This document shows positions 47,575 to 57,452 of a stretch of 64,000 nt of DNA, in pieces (the stretch's first letter is position 1; the number at the start of each line of letters is the position of its first letter). The stretch is taken from the NCBI RefSeq assembly GCF_048006345.1, contig NZ_CP180351.1:3577075-3641074 (forward strand), written 5' to 3'. The notes beneath the pieces were generated by a model, which was given only the letters and a program-made list of their open reading frames with translations, had not been told where the DNA came from and ran no database searches. The DNA comes from Marivita sp. Its GTDB lineage: Bacteria > Pseudomonadota > Alphaproteobacteria > Rhodobacterales > Rhodobacteraceae. Position numbers and translations under genes: made by a program.

Positions 47575-47970
47575 TCAGAAAAGTGGGATCACGGCACCGA
47601 TGACCGCGGATCCGAATGTGGCGTAGCCAGCATCGATCAATGTCAGTTTGAACGGTCGACCCGCAAAGCCGTAATTCGTGGCCAGCCAAGGCGCTGCGAA
47701 ACAAGCACCGATGCCGAGGCCTGACTTAAAGCCTTTGGATACGGTCACGATGCCCAGCATATTGAATGCGTAATACATCGTCGCGGCAACGATCATCGCC
47801 GAAACGATGCTTATCACATATGGAAGAGGGCTTTTCTGATTGGCGGGCCTGCCGTTTGCGTCGGTGGCAACGCCAGATGCTTTGACCCAAGGTTTGGCAA
47901 AGAGGCTGTACCACACCGCGCCAAATGCCCATCCTGTCAGACCGGCTGCGATTATTGGAAGGAAAGACAT
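47575..47970 (-). CDS. DUF1761-family membrane protein
   Basis: 131 aa, four hydrophobic helices, N-terminal GWAFGAVWYSLFAKPW pattern. Confidence 0.65.
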   Translation of the reverse strand: MSFLPIIAAGLTGWAFGAVWYSLFAKPWVKASGVATDANGRPANQKSPLPYVISIVSAMIVAATMYYAFNMLGIVTVSKGFKSGLGIGACFAAPWLATNYGFAGRPFKLTLIDAGYATFGSAVIGAVIPLF

Positions 47971-47994
47971 GTCCGTTTCTCCACCTTGGTCGAC

Positions 47995-48414
47995 CTACCC
48001 GGTGATGCCCGCAAGGTCGCAGATGATGCGCCATTCGGTTTCCGTAACGGGCTGTACGGAAAGGCGTGAGTTGTTAACCAGAACCATCTGTGACAGCCGT
48101 TCATCCGCCTTGATCTGTTCGAGTGTGACCGGCGTCTTCACCGGCTGCACCGCCTTGATGTCCACACATTCCCAACGTGCGTCATCGGTCTTGCTGTCGG
48201 GATGTGCCTCCGCGATCACCTCGACCGTGCCGACAATCGCTTTCTCGGACTGTGAATGGTAGAAGAACCCTTTGTCTCCGATGGCCATCTCGCGCATGAA
48301 ATTGCGCGCCTGGTAGTTGCGCACGCCGTCCCATTCTTCACCGGCATCGCCTTTGGCGACCTGATCGTCCCACGACCAGCTGGACGGTTCTGATTTGAAC
48401 AGCCAGTACCTCAT
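47995..48414 (-). CDS. EVE (PUA-like) domain protein
   Basis: MRYWLFKSEPSSWSW ... WDGVRNYQARNFMR; ATG 48414 overlaps yciI-like stop. Confidence 0.8.
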   Translation of the reverse strand: MRYWLFKSEPSSWSWDDQVAKGDAGEEWDGVRNYQARNFMREMAIGDKGFFYHSQSEKAIVGTVEVIAEAHPDSKTDDARWECVDIKAVQPVKTPVTLEQIKADERLSQMVLVNNSRLSVQPVTETEWRIICDLAGITG

Positions 48415-48686
48415 CCGCTGATCACACGCTTCCATGGGATCAGCTCGACGCTCTCGAAGAGACCGGCCTTGGCGTAAGGGTCGCTATCGGCCCAGTTTTG
48501 CGCAGCTGCCATGTCAGCGACGTCGAGGATCACCAGAGATCCGATCATCTGTTCAGCGTCGTCCAGCAACGGACCGGCCTGAGACACCACACCCGTGGCG
48601 TCGATATAGGCCAGATGGGCGTCGCGGTTGGCTTTGCGGGTTTCCAGAGCGCCGGCTTTGTCGCGCGCGATCAGGGCGATGAGCAT
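48411..48686 (-). CDS. YciI-family protein
   Basis: 91 aa, RDAHLAYI and GPLLDD pattern typical of YciI-like proteins. Confidence 0.75.
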   Translation of the reverse strand: MLIALIARDKAGALETRKANRDAHLAYIDATGVVSQAGPLLDDAEQMIGSLVILDVADMAAAQNWADSDPYAKAGLFESVELIPWKRVISG

Positions 48687-49643
48687 TTATTCTTCCTTCA
48701 ATGGACGGGTCATAAGCGTTTCTATGGCATCCGTGATCGTCGTTGAACCCTCAACAAGACGTGTCACGGTTTGTGTGATCGGAAGGTCGAGGCCCTTTTG
48801 CTTTGCGATCTCAGACATGGCTTTGGCGGTCGCCGCGCCCTCGACCGTGATGGTGGGATCGAACGTTTCGCCGCGGCCCAGAGACAGACCAAGCTGGTAG
48901 TTGCGAGAGAGGTCCGAGGTGCAAGTCAGGGCGAGGTCGCCCAGCCCGGAAAGCCCGGAAAGTGTGTCCGGACGCGCGCCGTAAACCGCTCCGATCCTTT
49001 GCATTTCCGCAAAGCCCCTGGTCATCGTTGCGGCACGCGCGCTGTCACCAAGCCCGGCACCGATCACCGCGCCGCAGGCAATCGCCATGACATTTTTCAA
49101 TGCGCCGCCAAGTTCCGCGCCAATGGTGTCGGTGGTCCGGTAGAGACGCAGGGTTGGTGTGGTCAGTACCGACTGTAGTTCCTTGCCTGTCGGCGCGCTG
49201 GCGCAGGCCAGGGTCAACGCCGTGGGTCGCCCAATCGCGATATCTGCGGCAAAGCTGGGGCCCGTCAGGATGGATGTCATCGCACCGGGAAGCACATCCT
49301 CTAGAACGCGGGTTGGACCAAGTCCCGTGCTCAGTTCAATGCCCTTACAGCATGCCACGAGCGGCGTATCGCTGGTGCCGATCTGCGCTGCCGCTGTCCG
49401 CATGGCCTGCAGCGGCACAGCCACCAGCAAGGCAATTCCATTTGTGACGCGTGACATGTCCTGCGTGACCGTCAGGCTGTCCGGAAAGGGAGCGCTCGGA
49501 AGATAGACTCTGTTGCACCGCAACCTGTCCATATCACGCGCCTGATCCGCATTGCGGCACCAGAGCGTGACGGGTTGCCCGGTTTTGGAAAGCGCGATGG
49601 CAAGAGCAGTGCCGAACGCACCGGCGCCCATAACGCCGATCAC
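48687..49643 (-). CDS. gpsA: NAD(P)H-dependent glycerol-3-phosphate dehydrogenase
   Basis: [10 protein letters not shown] dinucleotide fold, [12 protein letters not shown] motif. Confidence 0.9.
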   Translation of the reverse strand: MIGVMGAGAFGTALAIALSKTGQPVTLWCRNADQARDMDRLRCNRVYLPSAPFPDSLTVTQDMSRVTNGIALLVAVPLQAMRTAAAQIGTSDTPLVACCKGIELSTGLGPTRVLEDVLPGAMTSILTGPSFAADIAIGRPTALTLACASAPTGKELQSVLTTPTLRLYRTTDTIGAELGGALKNVMAIACGAVIGAGLGDSARAATMTRGFAEMQRIGAVYGARPDTLSGLSGLGDLALTCTSDLSRNYQLGLSLGRGETFDPTITVEGAATAKAMSEIAKQKGLDLPITQTVTRLVEGSTTITDAIETLMTRPLKEE

Positions 49644-50710
49644 GCCTTGGCCCCTTTCTTGCCGCTGCCCAGAGCCGCGGGGGCGGCACGGTCAAGCGGC
49701 CATCTGGGACGGGCGGTCAAGGTCAGATCATCCGCACCCTCTACAGTGAACTTCTCGGCACCGGCATAGGCAATCATCGCCGCGTTGTCGGTGCAAAGTG
49801 CCAAAGGCGGGGCGACAAACGGAATGCCGTGTTTCGCAGAAAGTGTCTCTAACGCAGCGCGTAGCTCTGTATTTGCGGCGACCCCTCCCGCGACGGCGAA
49901 ACCGGAAAGCCCCTCAGAGGCGTTCAGCGCACGTTTCGATTTTTCAATCAAAACATCGCGGATTGCCGCCTGAAACCCGGCGCAGAGGTCATCGACGTCC
50001 TGCGTATGTAGCCCGCCCTGGTCAGCAACAAGCTGGTCGCGCTGGCGCAGCAGGGCTGTCTTGAGGCCTGAGAACGACAGATCGCAGCCCGGTCGATCCA
50101 GAAGCGGACGCGGGAAGACGAAGCGCAATTCATCACCAGACCGGGCATGTTGCTCGACCGAAGGTCCTCCGGGTTGCGGTAGCCCAAGCAGGCGTGCGGT
50201 CTTGTCGAACGCCTCTCCTGGGGCATCGTCGATCGTGCTGCCAAGACGCGAGAAGGTCGTCGGGCCCTCGACACGCAGAAATTGGCAATGCCCACCGGAC
50301 ACCAGAAGGATGAGATACGGATAGTCCAACCCGTCAGTCAGACGCGGGGTCAGGGCATGTCCGGCCAGGTGGTTGACCCCGATCAGCGGTTTTCCTGTCG
50401 CGACGCTCAGGCCCTTGGCCATCATCACACCCGACAGCACACCGCCGATCAGGCCAGGTCCAGCAGTGACGGCGATCGCGTCGATCTTCGAGAAGGACAT
50501 ACCTGCCTCGGCCAGGGCGCGTTCGACACAAAGGTCCAGCTTTTCGACATGGGCGCGCGCTGCGATCTCGGGCACGACACCGCCATAGGCCGCGTGCAAC
50601 GCTGTTTGATCGGCAACTACCGACGAGAGAATCTCGCGCCCGCGCAGAACGGCGGCGGCTGTATCGTCACAGCTGCTTTCCAGCCCAAGTACGGTGATGT
50701 CGTGGCTCAT
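49640..50710 (-). CDS. tsaD: tRNA N6-adenosine threonylcarbamoyltransferase TsaD
   Basis: [23 protein letters not shown] metal site; start moved to ATG 50710. Confidence 0.9.
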   Translation of the reverse strand: MSHDITVLGLESSCDDTAAAVLRGREILSSVVADQTALHAAYGGVVPEIAARAHVEKLDLCVERALAEAGMSFSKIDAIAVTAGPGLIGGVLSGVMMAKGLSVATGKPLIGVNHLAGHALTPRLTDGLDYPYLILLVSGGHCQFLRVEGPTTFSRLGSTIDDAPGEAFDKTARLLGLPQPGGPSVEQHARSGDELRFVFPRPLLDRPGCDLSFSGLKTALLRQRDQLVADQGGLHTQDVDDLCAGFQAAIRDVLIEKSKRALNASEGLSGFAVAGGVAANTELRAALETLSAKHGIPFVAPPLALCTDNAAMIAYAGAEKFTVEGADDLTLTARPRWPLDRAAPAALGSGKKGAKA

Positions 50711-50783
50711 CCGAGTTTCCGTTGCACCCATGAGGCTCAGCAGTTACCACCCTTGGGTGCTGCTCACAACAACACGGGATGCC

Positions 50784-51518
50784 ATGGCTGCCCCACGCCC
50801 CCTGCTGCTCCTCACGCGACCGCAGGCGTCTTCCGAGGCGTTCTGGGCGGCATTGCCAAGGCAGATACGTGATCATGTCGATTTTTTAATCAATCCACTC
50901 ATGTCGATCCACTTCACTGGTCCTTTACCCGAAATGCATGGGGTGGCCGGGTTGATCTTCACCTCTGCCAACGCTCTAGATGCCTATGCGGCGCTTGGTG
51001 GGACAGCTTTGGACATTCCCGCGATTGCCGTCGGCACGGGAACGGGCAAGGCGCTGCGCGCGTTTGGGTTCAAAGCGGATATCGCAGGGGGAACAGCGGA
51101 TCAGGTGGTAGAGCATGTTTTGCGACATGGGTATTCCGGCCCGCTGCTGCATCTGCGCGGCGAAAACGCGATTGGGGATATTGCGAAGCGTTTGACAGAT
51201 GCGGGCGTGGAAACCTCGGAAGCCGTCCTATATACGCAGGAGCTTGAAACTTTTGCGCAGGACACGCGGGAGGCTTTGTCGCAAGACAGACCGATACTCG
51301 CGCCGGTATTCTCGCCCCGGACGGCTCGGCAACTTGGCCGCGAATCGCTGGGGTTTGACAACTTCCGGTTTGCCGCGATCAGTCAGGCCGTTGCGGACGC
51401 GCTGCCTGCGGATGCGGCACACAGAACGAAGGTATCGCGTCGACCCGATCGTGACGGGATGATCGAGTTGGTACGGGAGATGGTCACAGACGCCGTGAGT
51501 CTTGAGCGGCGGCTGTGA
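50784..51518 (+). CDS. hemD: Uroporphyrinogen-III synthase
   Basis: About 245 aa HemD-like two-lobe pattern (LLLTRPQ ..., FTSANA), divergent from tsaD, upstream of Mic60-like and hemY genes; start moved to ATG 50784. Confidence 0.65.
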   Translation: MAAPRPLLLLTRPQASSEAFWAALPRQIRDHVDFLINPLMSIHFTGPLPEMHGVAGLIFTSANALDAYAALGGTALDIPAIAVGTGTGKALRAFGFKADIAGGTADQVVEHVLRHGYSGPLLHLRGENAIGDIAKRLTDAGVETSEAVLYTQELETFAQDTREALSQDRPILAPVFSPRTARQLGRESLGFDNFRFAAISQAVADALPADAAHRTKVSRRPDRDGMIELVREMVTDAVSLERRL

Positions 51519-51580
51519 GAGTTGTAAGGTAAAGTTGACATAGCTGTCGCGCAAACTTGACAGATTCGAAGGATTAACCG

Positions 51581-53056
51581 GTGGCGAAACGCAAAAGCAC
51601 GGACAAAACCTCACAAGAAGTCACGGACAAAGAGGTCGATACCGACCGCGCATCGGATCAGCCTGACGCGGCCGAGCAGACGGCCAAGGATCTGGACACT
51701 GTTGCGGAAGCCGTTGAAGCCGTTGAGGTTTATGCGCCCGAAGACGATGCGTCAAAGTCAGATATCGATCCCAAAGACACTGATAACACGGCCGAAGATG
51801 CGGTCACCGACGATGTGATCGAACAAGCAGAACCCGGCAAGGGCGATCCCGCCGAAAACCAAATCGACGCCCCGCAAGACAGCGAATCTGTCACGTCCGA
51901 GTCGGACGCTGCATCCGAAGAAACACCGCCCAATGACGATCACCTGACCGAAGAAGAAGCGGAAAAGCTGATCGAGGAAGCGGAAACTGTCGAAGACCAC
52001 GCGACTGCAGCGGACCCCGTTGTCGAGCCCGAAACTCTTCCGGTCGCACCCCAAGTCATCAAGGAAACCACAATCGAGCGCAAAGGCGGGTTTGTGCCCA
52101 TGCTGCTTGGCGGTGCTGCTGCGGCCATTCTTGGCTACGGCGTCGCGGCCTATTCCTCTCAGGCGGTTTGGCCGTTCGACGCCGCCGAGGATACTGCGTT
52201 CGAGGATGAATTGCGCGCCGCCCTGACAACACAAGACGGTGCCCTGTCTGATCTGGGAACGCGGATCGCGACCTTGGAAGCTGTTGAACCTCCAACAATC
52301 GATCTTTCCCCGGTCGAAGGGCAGATCGCAGCGGTGCAAACGACGGCCTCAGACTTGTCTGCACGTCTTGACGAGATTGTCGCACGGATCGACACGCTGG
52401 AACGTCAGCCCCTTGAAACCGCTGTGTCCGAAGAAGCGATTGCCGCCTATGAGCGTGCGCTCGACGACCTGAAAGCCGAGGTCGAGGCGCAGCGTGCAGA
52501 AGTTGCCCAGATGGCGCAAGAAGCCGTTGCTGCCGAAGGCAATGCAGAGGAAAAGGCGCAACTGGCCGCGTCCCGAGCTGCCTTGGCTGACATAACCGCC
52601 GCTCTTGATACTGGTGCAGGCTTTGCTGGTGCGATTTCAGTGCTTTTGGCGAACGGCGTCGATGTGCCCGATGCTTTGGCAGGCAACGCAGAAAACGGCG
52701 TTCCCACTCTGTCTCTCCTCAGAGAGACCTTCCCGGATGTCGCCCGCGCCGCGTTGCGAGATGCCCGCAGTGCCGACACTGCAGGAGCAGAAGGCGTCAG
52801 CCGCATCAGCACGTTCTTCGCCAATCAACTTGGCGCGCGATCCGTCGCACCCAAAGAGGGCGACAGCGCAGATGCGGTGCTGTCCCGTGCAGAAGCTGCT
52901 GTTCGCGCGGGTGATCTGGACATGGCGCTCTCGGAACTGTCGACGCTACCGGAAGCGGCCCAGTCTGCGGTCTCTGATTGGCAAGCCAGTGCACAAAAAC
53001 GCCTAGAGGCGAAAACGGCAGCGGACGGTCTCGTCCAGCAGCTGCTTCAGGAATAA
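51581..53056 (+). CDS. Mitofilin/Mic60-like membrane protein (alphaproteobacterial Mic60 homologue)
   Basis: Acidic N-terminal region, one TM (FVPMLLGGAAAAILGYGVAAY), long Ala/Glu coiled-coil region, C-terminal mitofilin-like block (RAEAAVRAGDLDMALSELSTLPEAAQSAVSDWQ); GTG start. Confidence 0.7.
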   Translation: MAKRKSTDKTSQEVTDKEVDTDRASDQPDAAEQTAKDLDTVAEAVEAVEVYAPEDDASKSDIDPKDTDNTAEDAVTDDVIEQAEPGKGDPAENQIDAPQDSESVTSESDAASEETPPNDDHLTEEEAEKLIEEAETVEDHATAADPVVEPETLPVAPQVIKETTIERKGGFVPMLLGGAAAAILGYGVAAYSSQAVWPFDAAEDTAFEDELRAALTTQDGALSDLGTRIATLEAVEPPTIDLSPVEGQIAAVQTTASDLSARLDEIVARIDTLERQPLETAVSEEAIAAYERALDDLKAEVEAQRAEVAQMAQEAVAAEGNAEEKAQLAASRAALADITAALDTGAGFAGAISVLLANGVDVPDALAGNAENGVPTLSLLRETFPDVARAALRDARSADTAGAEGVSRISTFFANQLGARSVAPKEGDSADAVLSRAEAAVRAGDLDMALSELSTLPEAAQSAVSDWQASAQKRLEAKTAADGLVQQLLQE

Positions 53057-53068
53057 GGGGGGCGCTTG

Positions 53069-54595
53069 ATGCTTTGGTCTCTTTTCAAGATCGTTCTGTT
53101 CGTTGTCATCGTTGCCGCTTTGACGCTTGCCGCTGGCTTTCTCATGGAAAGCAATGGCGGAATTCAAATCACGGCGGGTGGCACCGAATTTACGCTTGGC
53201 CCGCTTCAGTCGGTGATCGCCGCTTTGGTGGCCATCCTCGCGGTCTGGCTGTTCCTCAAGCTTTTCGCGCTGCTGATCGCCACGCTGAAATTCATCAATG
53301 GCGACGAGACTGCGATTTCGCGCTATTTCGACCGCAACCGCGAGCGCAAAGGCTTTCAGGCACTCAGCGAGGGTTTGATGGCGCTCGCTTCCGGCGAGGG
53401 GCGTCTGGCCATGGCCAAAGCCACCAAGGCCGAGAAATATCTGCACAAGCCGGAACTGACCGACCTCATCACCGCGCAGGCTGCTGAAATGACGGGCGAC
53501 CGCAAGAAGGCCGAAGAGGTCTACAAACGGCTGGTTCAGAACGAAAGCACGCGTTTTGTCGGTGTGCGTGGTTTGATGAAGCAAAAGCTCGATGCCGGCG
53601 ACACGGAAACCGCGCTCAAGCTGGCTGAACGGGCTTTTGCCATCAAGCCGAAACATGAAGAGGTGCAGGATACGCTGTTGCGTCTGCAGGCCAAGAATGC
53701 GGATTGGTCCGGTGCGCGAAAGACATTGAACGCCAAACTGAAACACGGGTCGCTCCCGCGCGATGTGCACAAGCGCCGCGATGCGGTGCTCGCGCTGTCC
53801 GAGGCCAAGGGCGTGCTTGACGAAGGCAAGACCATCGAGGCTCAGGAAGCCGCGATTGCCGCGAACAAGTCGTCCCCCGACCTCATCCCGGCGGCCGCGA
53901 TGGCCGCACGCAGCCACATCGCTCAAGGCCGCTCCAAATATGCGGTGCGTCTCCTCAAGAAAGCCTGGCAGGCGCAGCCCCATCCCGATCTTGCGGCTGC
54001 GTTTGCGGAAATCGAACCGAATGAAACACCTCAGGCGCGGGTTCAGCGGTTCAAGCAATTGACGGCCCTGCGCCCGGAGCACCGGGAGACGAAGCTTCTA
54101 TTGGCAGAGCTGAACCTTGCGGCGGAAGATTTCCCCGAAGCGCGTCGGTCTTTGGGTGATCTCGCCGAGACGGAACCGGACACCCGTGTTCTGGCCATCG
54201 TGGCGGCGATCGAACGTGGCGAAGGCGCGTCGGATGCCGTCGTGCGCGGCTGGCTGGCCCGCGCGCTTACCGCACCGCGTGGCCCACAATGGGTCTGCGA
54301 CAATTGCAAGACGATCCATGGCGAATGGACACCGGTCTGCACCAATTGCGAAAGCTTCGACACGTTGAGTTGGACGATCCCACCGCAAAGCGCAACGGTC
54401 CTGCCCGCGGGAGCGGAAATGCTGCCGCTGATCGTCGGTTCCATCGAGGACAAAACCAAGCCGGTCGACGAAGCCGAGGTCCTGGATCCAGACCCGGTTG
54501 AATCCGACGACACCACGCCGATGGCAGATCCAATGACCGCGGCGAATGACGTGGAGCATGCTGCACAATCACCAGAGCCGGAAAAGGTGAAATAA
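53069..54595 (+). CDS. HemY N-terminal-domain / TPR membrane protein with C-terminal CxxC-x10-CxxC zinc ribbon
   Basis: Two N-terminal TM helices, HemY_N-like region, TPR-like repeats, WVCDNCKTIHGEWTPVCTNCESF. Confidence 0.75.
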   Translation: MLWSLFKIVLFVVIVAALTLAAGFLMESNGGIQITAGGTEFTLGPLQSVIAALVAILAVWLFLKLFALLIATLKFINGDETAISRYFDRNRERKGFQALSEGLMALASGEGRLAMAKATKAEKYLHKPELTDLITAQAAEMTGDRKKAEEVYKRLVQNESTRFVGVRGLMKQKLDAGDTETALKLAERAFAIKPKHEEVQDTLLRLQAKNADWSGARKTLNAKLKHGSLPRDVHKRRDAVLALSEAKGVLDEGKTIEAQEAAIAANKSSPDLIPAAAMAARSHIAQGRSKYAVRLLKKAWQAQPHPDLAAAFAEIEPNETPQARVQRFKQLTALRPEHRETKLLLAELNLAAEDFPEARRSLGDLAETEPDTRVLAIVAAIERGEGASDAVVRGWLARALTAPRGPQWVCDNCKTIHGEWTPVCTNCESFDTLSWTIPPQSATVLPAGAEMLPLIVGSIEDKTKPVDEAEVLDPDPVESDDTTPMADPMTAANDVEHAAQSPEPEKVK

Positions 54596-54670
54596 CACTT
54601 TTCTTGCGCCCCGACCGGTGCTAACAGCCCGGCCAATCTTCCTGAGGTGAGGAACACCCACATCGGGTTG

Positions 54671-54746
54671 GCCGCTGTAGCTCAGCTGGTAGAGCACGTC
54701 ATTCGTAATGATGGGGTCGGGGGTTCGAGTCCCTTCAGCGGCACCA
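54671..54746 (+). tRNA. tRNA-Thr (anticodon CGU)
   Basis: 76 nt; acceptor GCCGCTG/CAGCGGC, D-loop AGCTCAGCTGGTAGAGC, anticodon loop TTCGTAA (CGT at 54704-54706), T-loop GGTTCGAGTCC, encoded CCA. Confidence 0.95.
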
Positions 54747-54995
54747 TAAATATCCCGCCACCGCGTCAGCGTCGACTGGCGTGTCGAGGAAGCCTTCAGC
54801 CGCATGATACGCCCAACTCGCAATGCCCGGCTTTGGCCGTGCGCACCTGAAGCGACATTCCCCCTGAAAGCCCCTGCGTAGAGTAAAGTTGGCCAAACGG
54901 GGAACTATCCGGAAATTGTACGCGGAGCGCGGGTTCGAGTTGCGCTCTCCAGCCCTTCAGCTACTGTCATTGCTTGAAAAAACAGGTAAATCATC

Positions 54996-55511
54996 ATGAA
55001 AACACCAACAAAACGCATCATCGTGTCTTCCCGGCACCTCGCCGAGGGCGAGTTCTGGGAAGCCTCCGAGTTCGAATACGGGCTGATCATCGCGTATAAC
55101 GCTTTCTCGCGCTGGATGGTGAAATGCATGGCCGCTGCCGGCCAGACAGAGATGAGCCCGCTTGAAATCCTGGTCTTGCACAACGTGAACCATCGCGGCC
55201 GTGACAAGAGGCTCACGGACATCTGTTTTCTGCTGAACATCGATGACACCCACACCGTGAACTATGCATTGCGCAAGCTGTCCAAGGCTGGACTGGTCGA
55301 CTCGGAAAAGCGCGGAAAGGAGGTCTTCTATCGCACCTCGAAGACCGGTGCTGAGCTTTGCGATCAGTATCGCAGCGTCCGAGAAGGCTGTTTGATCGAT
55401 GGGTTGAGCCGGATGGACTTGTCCGGCGATGAGCTGAGCAGCATCGGAGCAAGCCTTCGTGCCATGTCCGGGCAATACGACCAGGCCAGCCGTGCCGCGT
55501 CGTCCCTGTGA
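54996..55511 (+). CDS. MarR-like winged-helix transcriptional regulator
   Basis: SPLEILVLHNVNHRGRDKRLTDICFLLNIDDTHTVNYALRKLSKAGLV resembles MarR wHTH. Confidence 0.65.
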   Translation: MKTPTKRIIVSSRHLAEGEFWEASEFEYGLIIAYNAFSRWMVKCMAAAGQTEMSPLEILVLHNVNHRGRDKRLTDICFLLNIDDTHTVNYALRKLSKAGLVDSEKRGKEVFYRTSKTGAELCDQYRSVREGCLIDGLSRMDLSGDELSSIGASLRAMSGQYDQASRAASSL

Positions 55512-55515
55512 TCCC

Positions 55516-56823
55516 TCAGCCTCGGCCGTTCATGGCGTCCGGCAGGTAAGTGACAATCTGCGGAAATAGCGTGATCAGTATCACGGCCAGAACCAACAGG
55601 AAGAAGAACGGCATGGCTGCCCGGGCGATGCGCAGGATGTCGATCCCGGTCAGGCCTTGGATGACGAACAGATTGAAACCTACAGGCGGGGTGATCTGGC
55701 TCATCTCGACCACGAGCACCAAGTAAATCCCGAACCAGATGGGGTCGATTCCGACCGCCAGCACCATGGGCATGATGATCGAGGTGGTCAGCACGACGAC
55801 GGAAATTCCGTCGAGAAAGAGACCCAGCACGATGAAGAAGATCGTCAGCACGGCAAGCAGGATGTAAGGCGACAGACCCATGTCTCCGATCCAGGCCGCG
55901 AGGTTGCGCGGCAGGCCGGTGAAGCCCATGGCGAGTGCGAGGAAGGCGGCCCCGAGCAGGATGAAGGCAATCATGCAGGATGTGCGTGCCGCCGACAGCA
56001 GTGCATCGAGGAAATCGCCGCGCGTGAAGCTGCCGGACACGACGGCGAGCAGGATCGAAAGCAGCACCCCAAGCGCCGCTGCATCGGTGGGCGAGGCGAG
56101 GCCGGTGTAGATCGCCCCGATCACTCCGATGATGAGCAGGGCAACCGGCATCAGGCCACGAGAGGCCCGGAGTTTTTCCCGCAACGTCAGACGGGAGGAT
56201 TCGGCCGGGATGAGGCTCGGATCGAGCCAGGCACGAACGGCGACATACAGTGCGAAAAGAACCACCAGCATCGCTCCGGGCAGGATGCCCGCGACGAACA
56301 GGCGGGCGATGGATTGCTCGGTTGCGACACCGTAGACGATGAGAATGATCGAGGGCGGGATCAGCAATCCCAGCGTCGCCGAACCTGCCAGCGTGCCCAA
56401 GATCAAGCTTTCGGGATAGCCGCGCCCTTTCAGTTCGGGGATCGACATCTTGCCGATGGTGGCCGCTGTCGCCGCCGAGGACCCCGAGACTGCCGCGAAG
56501 ATGGCGCAACCCAACACGTTCACGTGCAGGAGTCGCCCCGGCAGACCGCCAAGCCATGGGGCGAGACCGTTGAACATGTCCTTGCTCAGCCGTGATCGCA
56601 GCAGGATCTCGCCCATAAGGATAAACAGTGGCAGCGCTGTCAGGGACCACGAATGACTGTGCCCCCAGAAAGTCACGGCCATGTTCAATCCGACAGAGGA
56701 ATTCGAGAAGAAGGCCAGCGCCACCGCCGCGACGGCAGACAGTGACAGAGCGATCCAGAGTCCACCGGCCAGAAAGACGAACAACGTGGCAAGAAGGATC
56801 AGGCCGACAACAGGATCGGACAT
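55516..56823 (-). CDS. TRAP transporter large permease (DctM family)
   Basis: About 435 aa polytopic protein with DctM-like pattern; immediately downstream of the DctQ-like gene; start moved to ATG 56823. Confidence 0.85.
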   Translation of the reverse strand: MSDPVVGLILLATLFVFLAGGLWIALSLSAVAAVALAFFSNSSVGLNMAVTFWGHSHSWSLTALPLFILMGEILLRSRLSKDMFNGLAPWLGGLPGRLLHVNVLGCAIFAAVSGSSAATAATIGKMSIPELKGRGYPESLILGTLAGSATLGLLIPPSIILIVYGVATEQSIARLFVAGILPGAMLVVLFALYVAVRAWLDPSLIPAESSRLTLREKLRASRGLMPVALLIIGVIGAIYTGLASPTDAAALGVLLSILLAVVSGSFTRGDFLDALLSAARTSCMIAFILLGAAFLALAMGFTGLPRNLAAWIGDMGLSPYILLAVLTIFFIVLGLFLDGISVVVLTTSIIMPMVLAVGIDPIWFGIYLVLVVEMSQITPPVGFNLFVIQGLTGIDILRIARAAMPFFFLLVLAVILITLFPQIVTYLPDAMNGRG

Positions 56824-56824
56824 G

Positions 56825-57349
56825 TCAGGCTTCCTCGGAGGCAGAGATAACAGGCTCGCCGCGCTTGATGGTTTCGACAAGGCTGTGAAGGATGGCAAGG
56901 CACAGAACGCTCATGCCCAGTCCCATGGCAGATTGTGGCATCCAGAGCGGGATGGGTATCGTACCGCTCGATACATCGCCGTAATGGATGCTTTCCGCGA
57001 CCAGTGCCCAGATGTAGTAGACGGCGAAACCCGTCAGGGCTGCAGCGCAGATCAGAGCCACGACTTCCGCTATCAGCTGGCCGCGGACCGGCAGCCGCTC
57101 GGTCACGAGGGCCACCTTGATGTGTCCGCCGCTGCGGAATGTGTACGGCATCGCCAGAAAGGTTGCCGCCGCCAGCATAAAACCTGAGAAGTCGGCGTAT
57201 GACGGGATCGTTGACGGCAATGGCAGCGCAAAGACCCGGGTCGCAAAGTTCAGGAAGATCTGCGCGCTGATGAGGACCGCGATCCCAAGGATGGTGAACG
57301 CCGCTACCCAGGCCATCGCCTTGTAAGTCCGGTCGAGAAGATGCCGCAT
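56825..57349 (-). CDS. TRAP transporter small permease (DctQ family)
   Basis: About 174 aa, four TM helices, between DctP- and DctM-like genes; start moved to ATG 57349. Confidence 0.75.
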   Translation of the reverse strand: MRHLLDRTYKAMAWVAAFTILGIAVLISAQIFLNFATRVFALPLPSTIPSYADFSGFMLAAATFLAMPYTFRSGGHIKVALVTERLPVRGQLIAEVVALICAAALTGFAVYYIWALVAESIHYGDVSSGTIPIPLWMPQSAMGLGMSVLCLAILHSLVETIKRGEPVISASEEA

Positions 57350-57452
57350 CTCGTTTCCTTTCGTGATCAAGGCCCGGCGTTTGGCGGGAGAAAACCAGCG
57401 CCGGGCCCGTTTAGGCATTTCCAAGCGGGCCGATGACCCACTTCGTCCTGCT

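Noticed and set aside
55364-56650. 428-aa minus-strand ORF and 312-aa plus-strand ORF overlapping the DctM-like gene
   Set aside because: These are alternative frames of a clearly polytopic permease gene. Their translations are Arg/His/Asp-rich with no hydrophobic periodicity.
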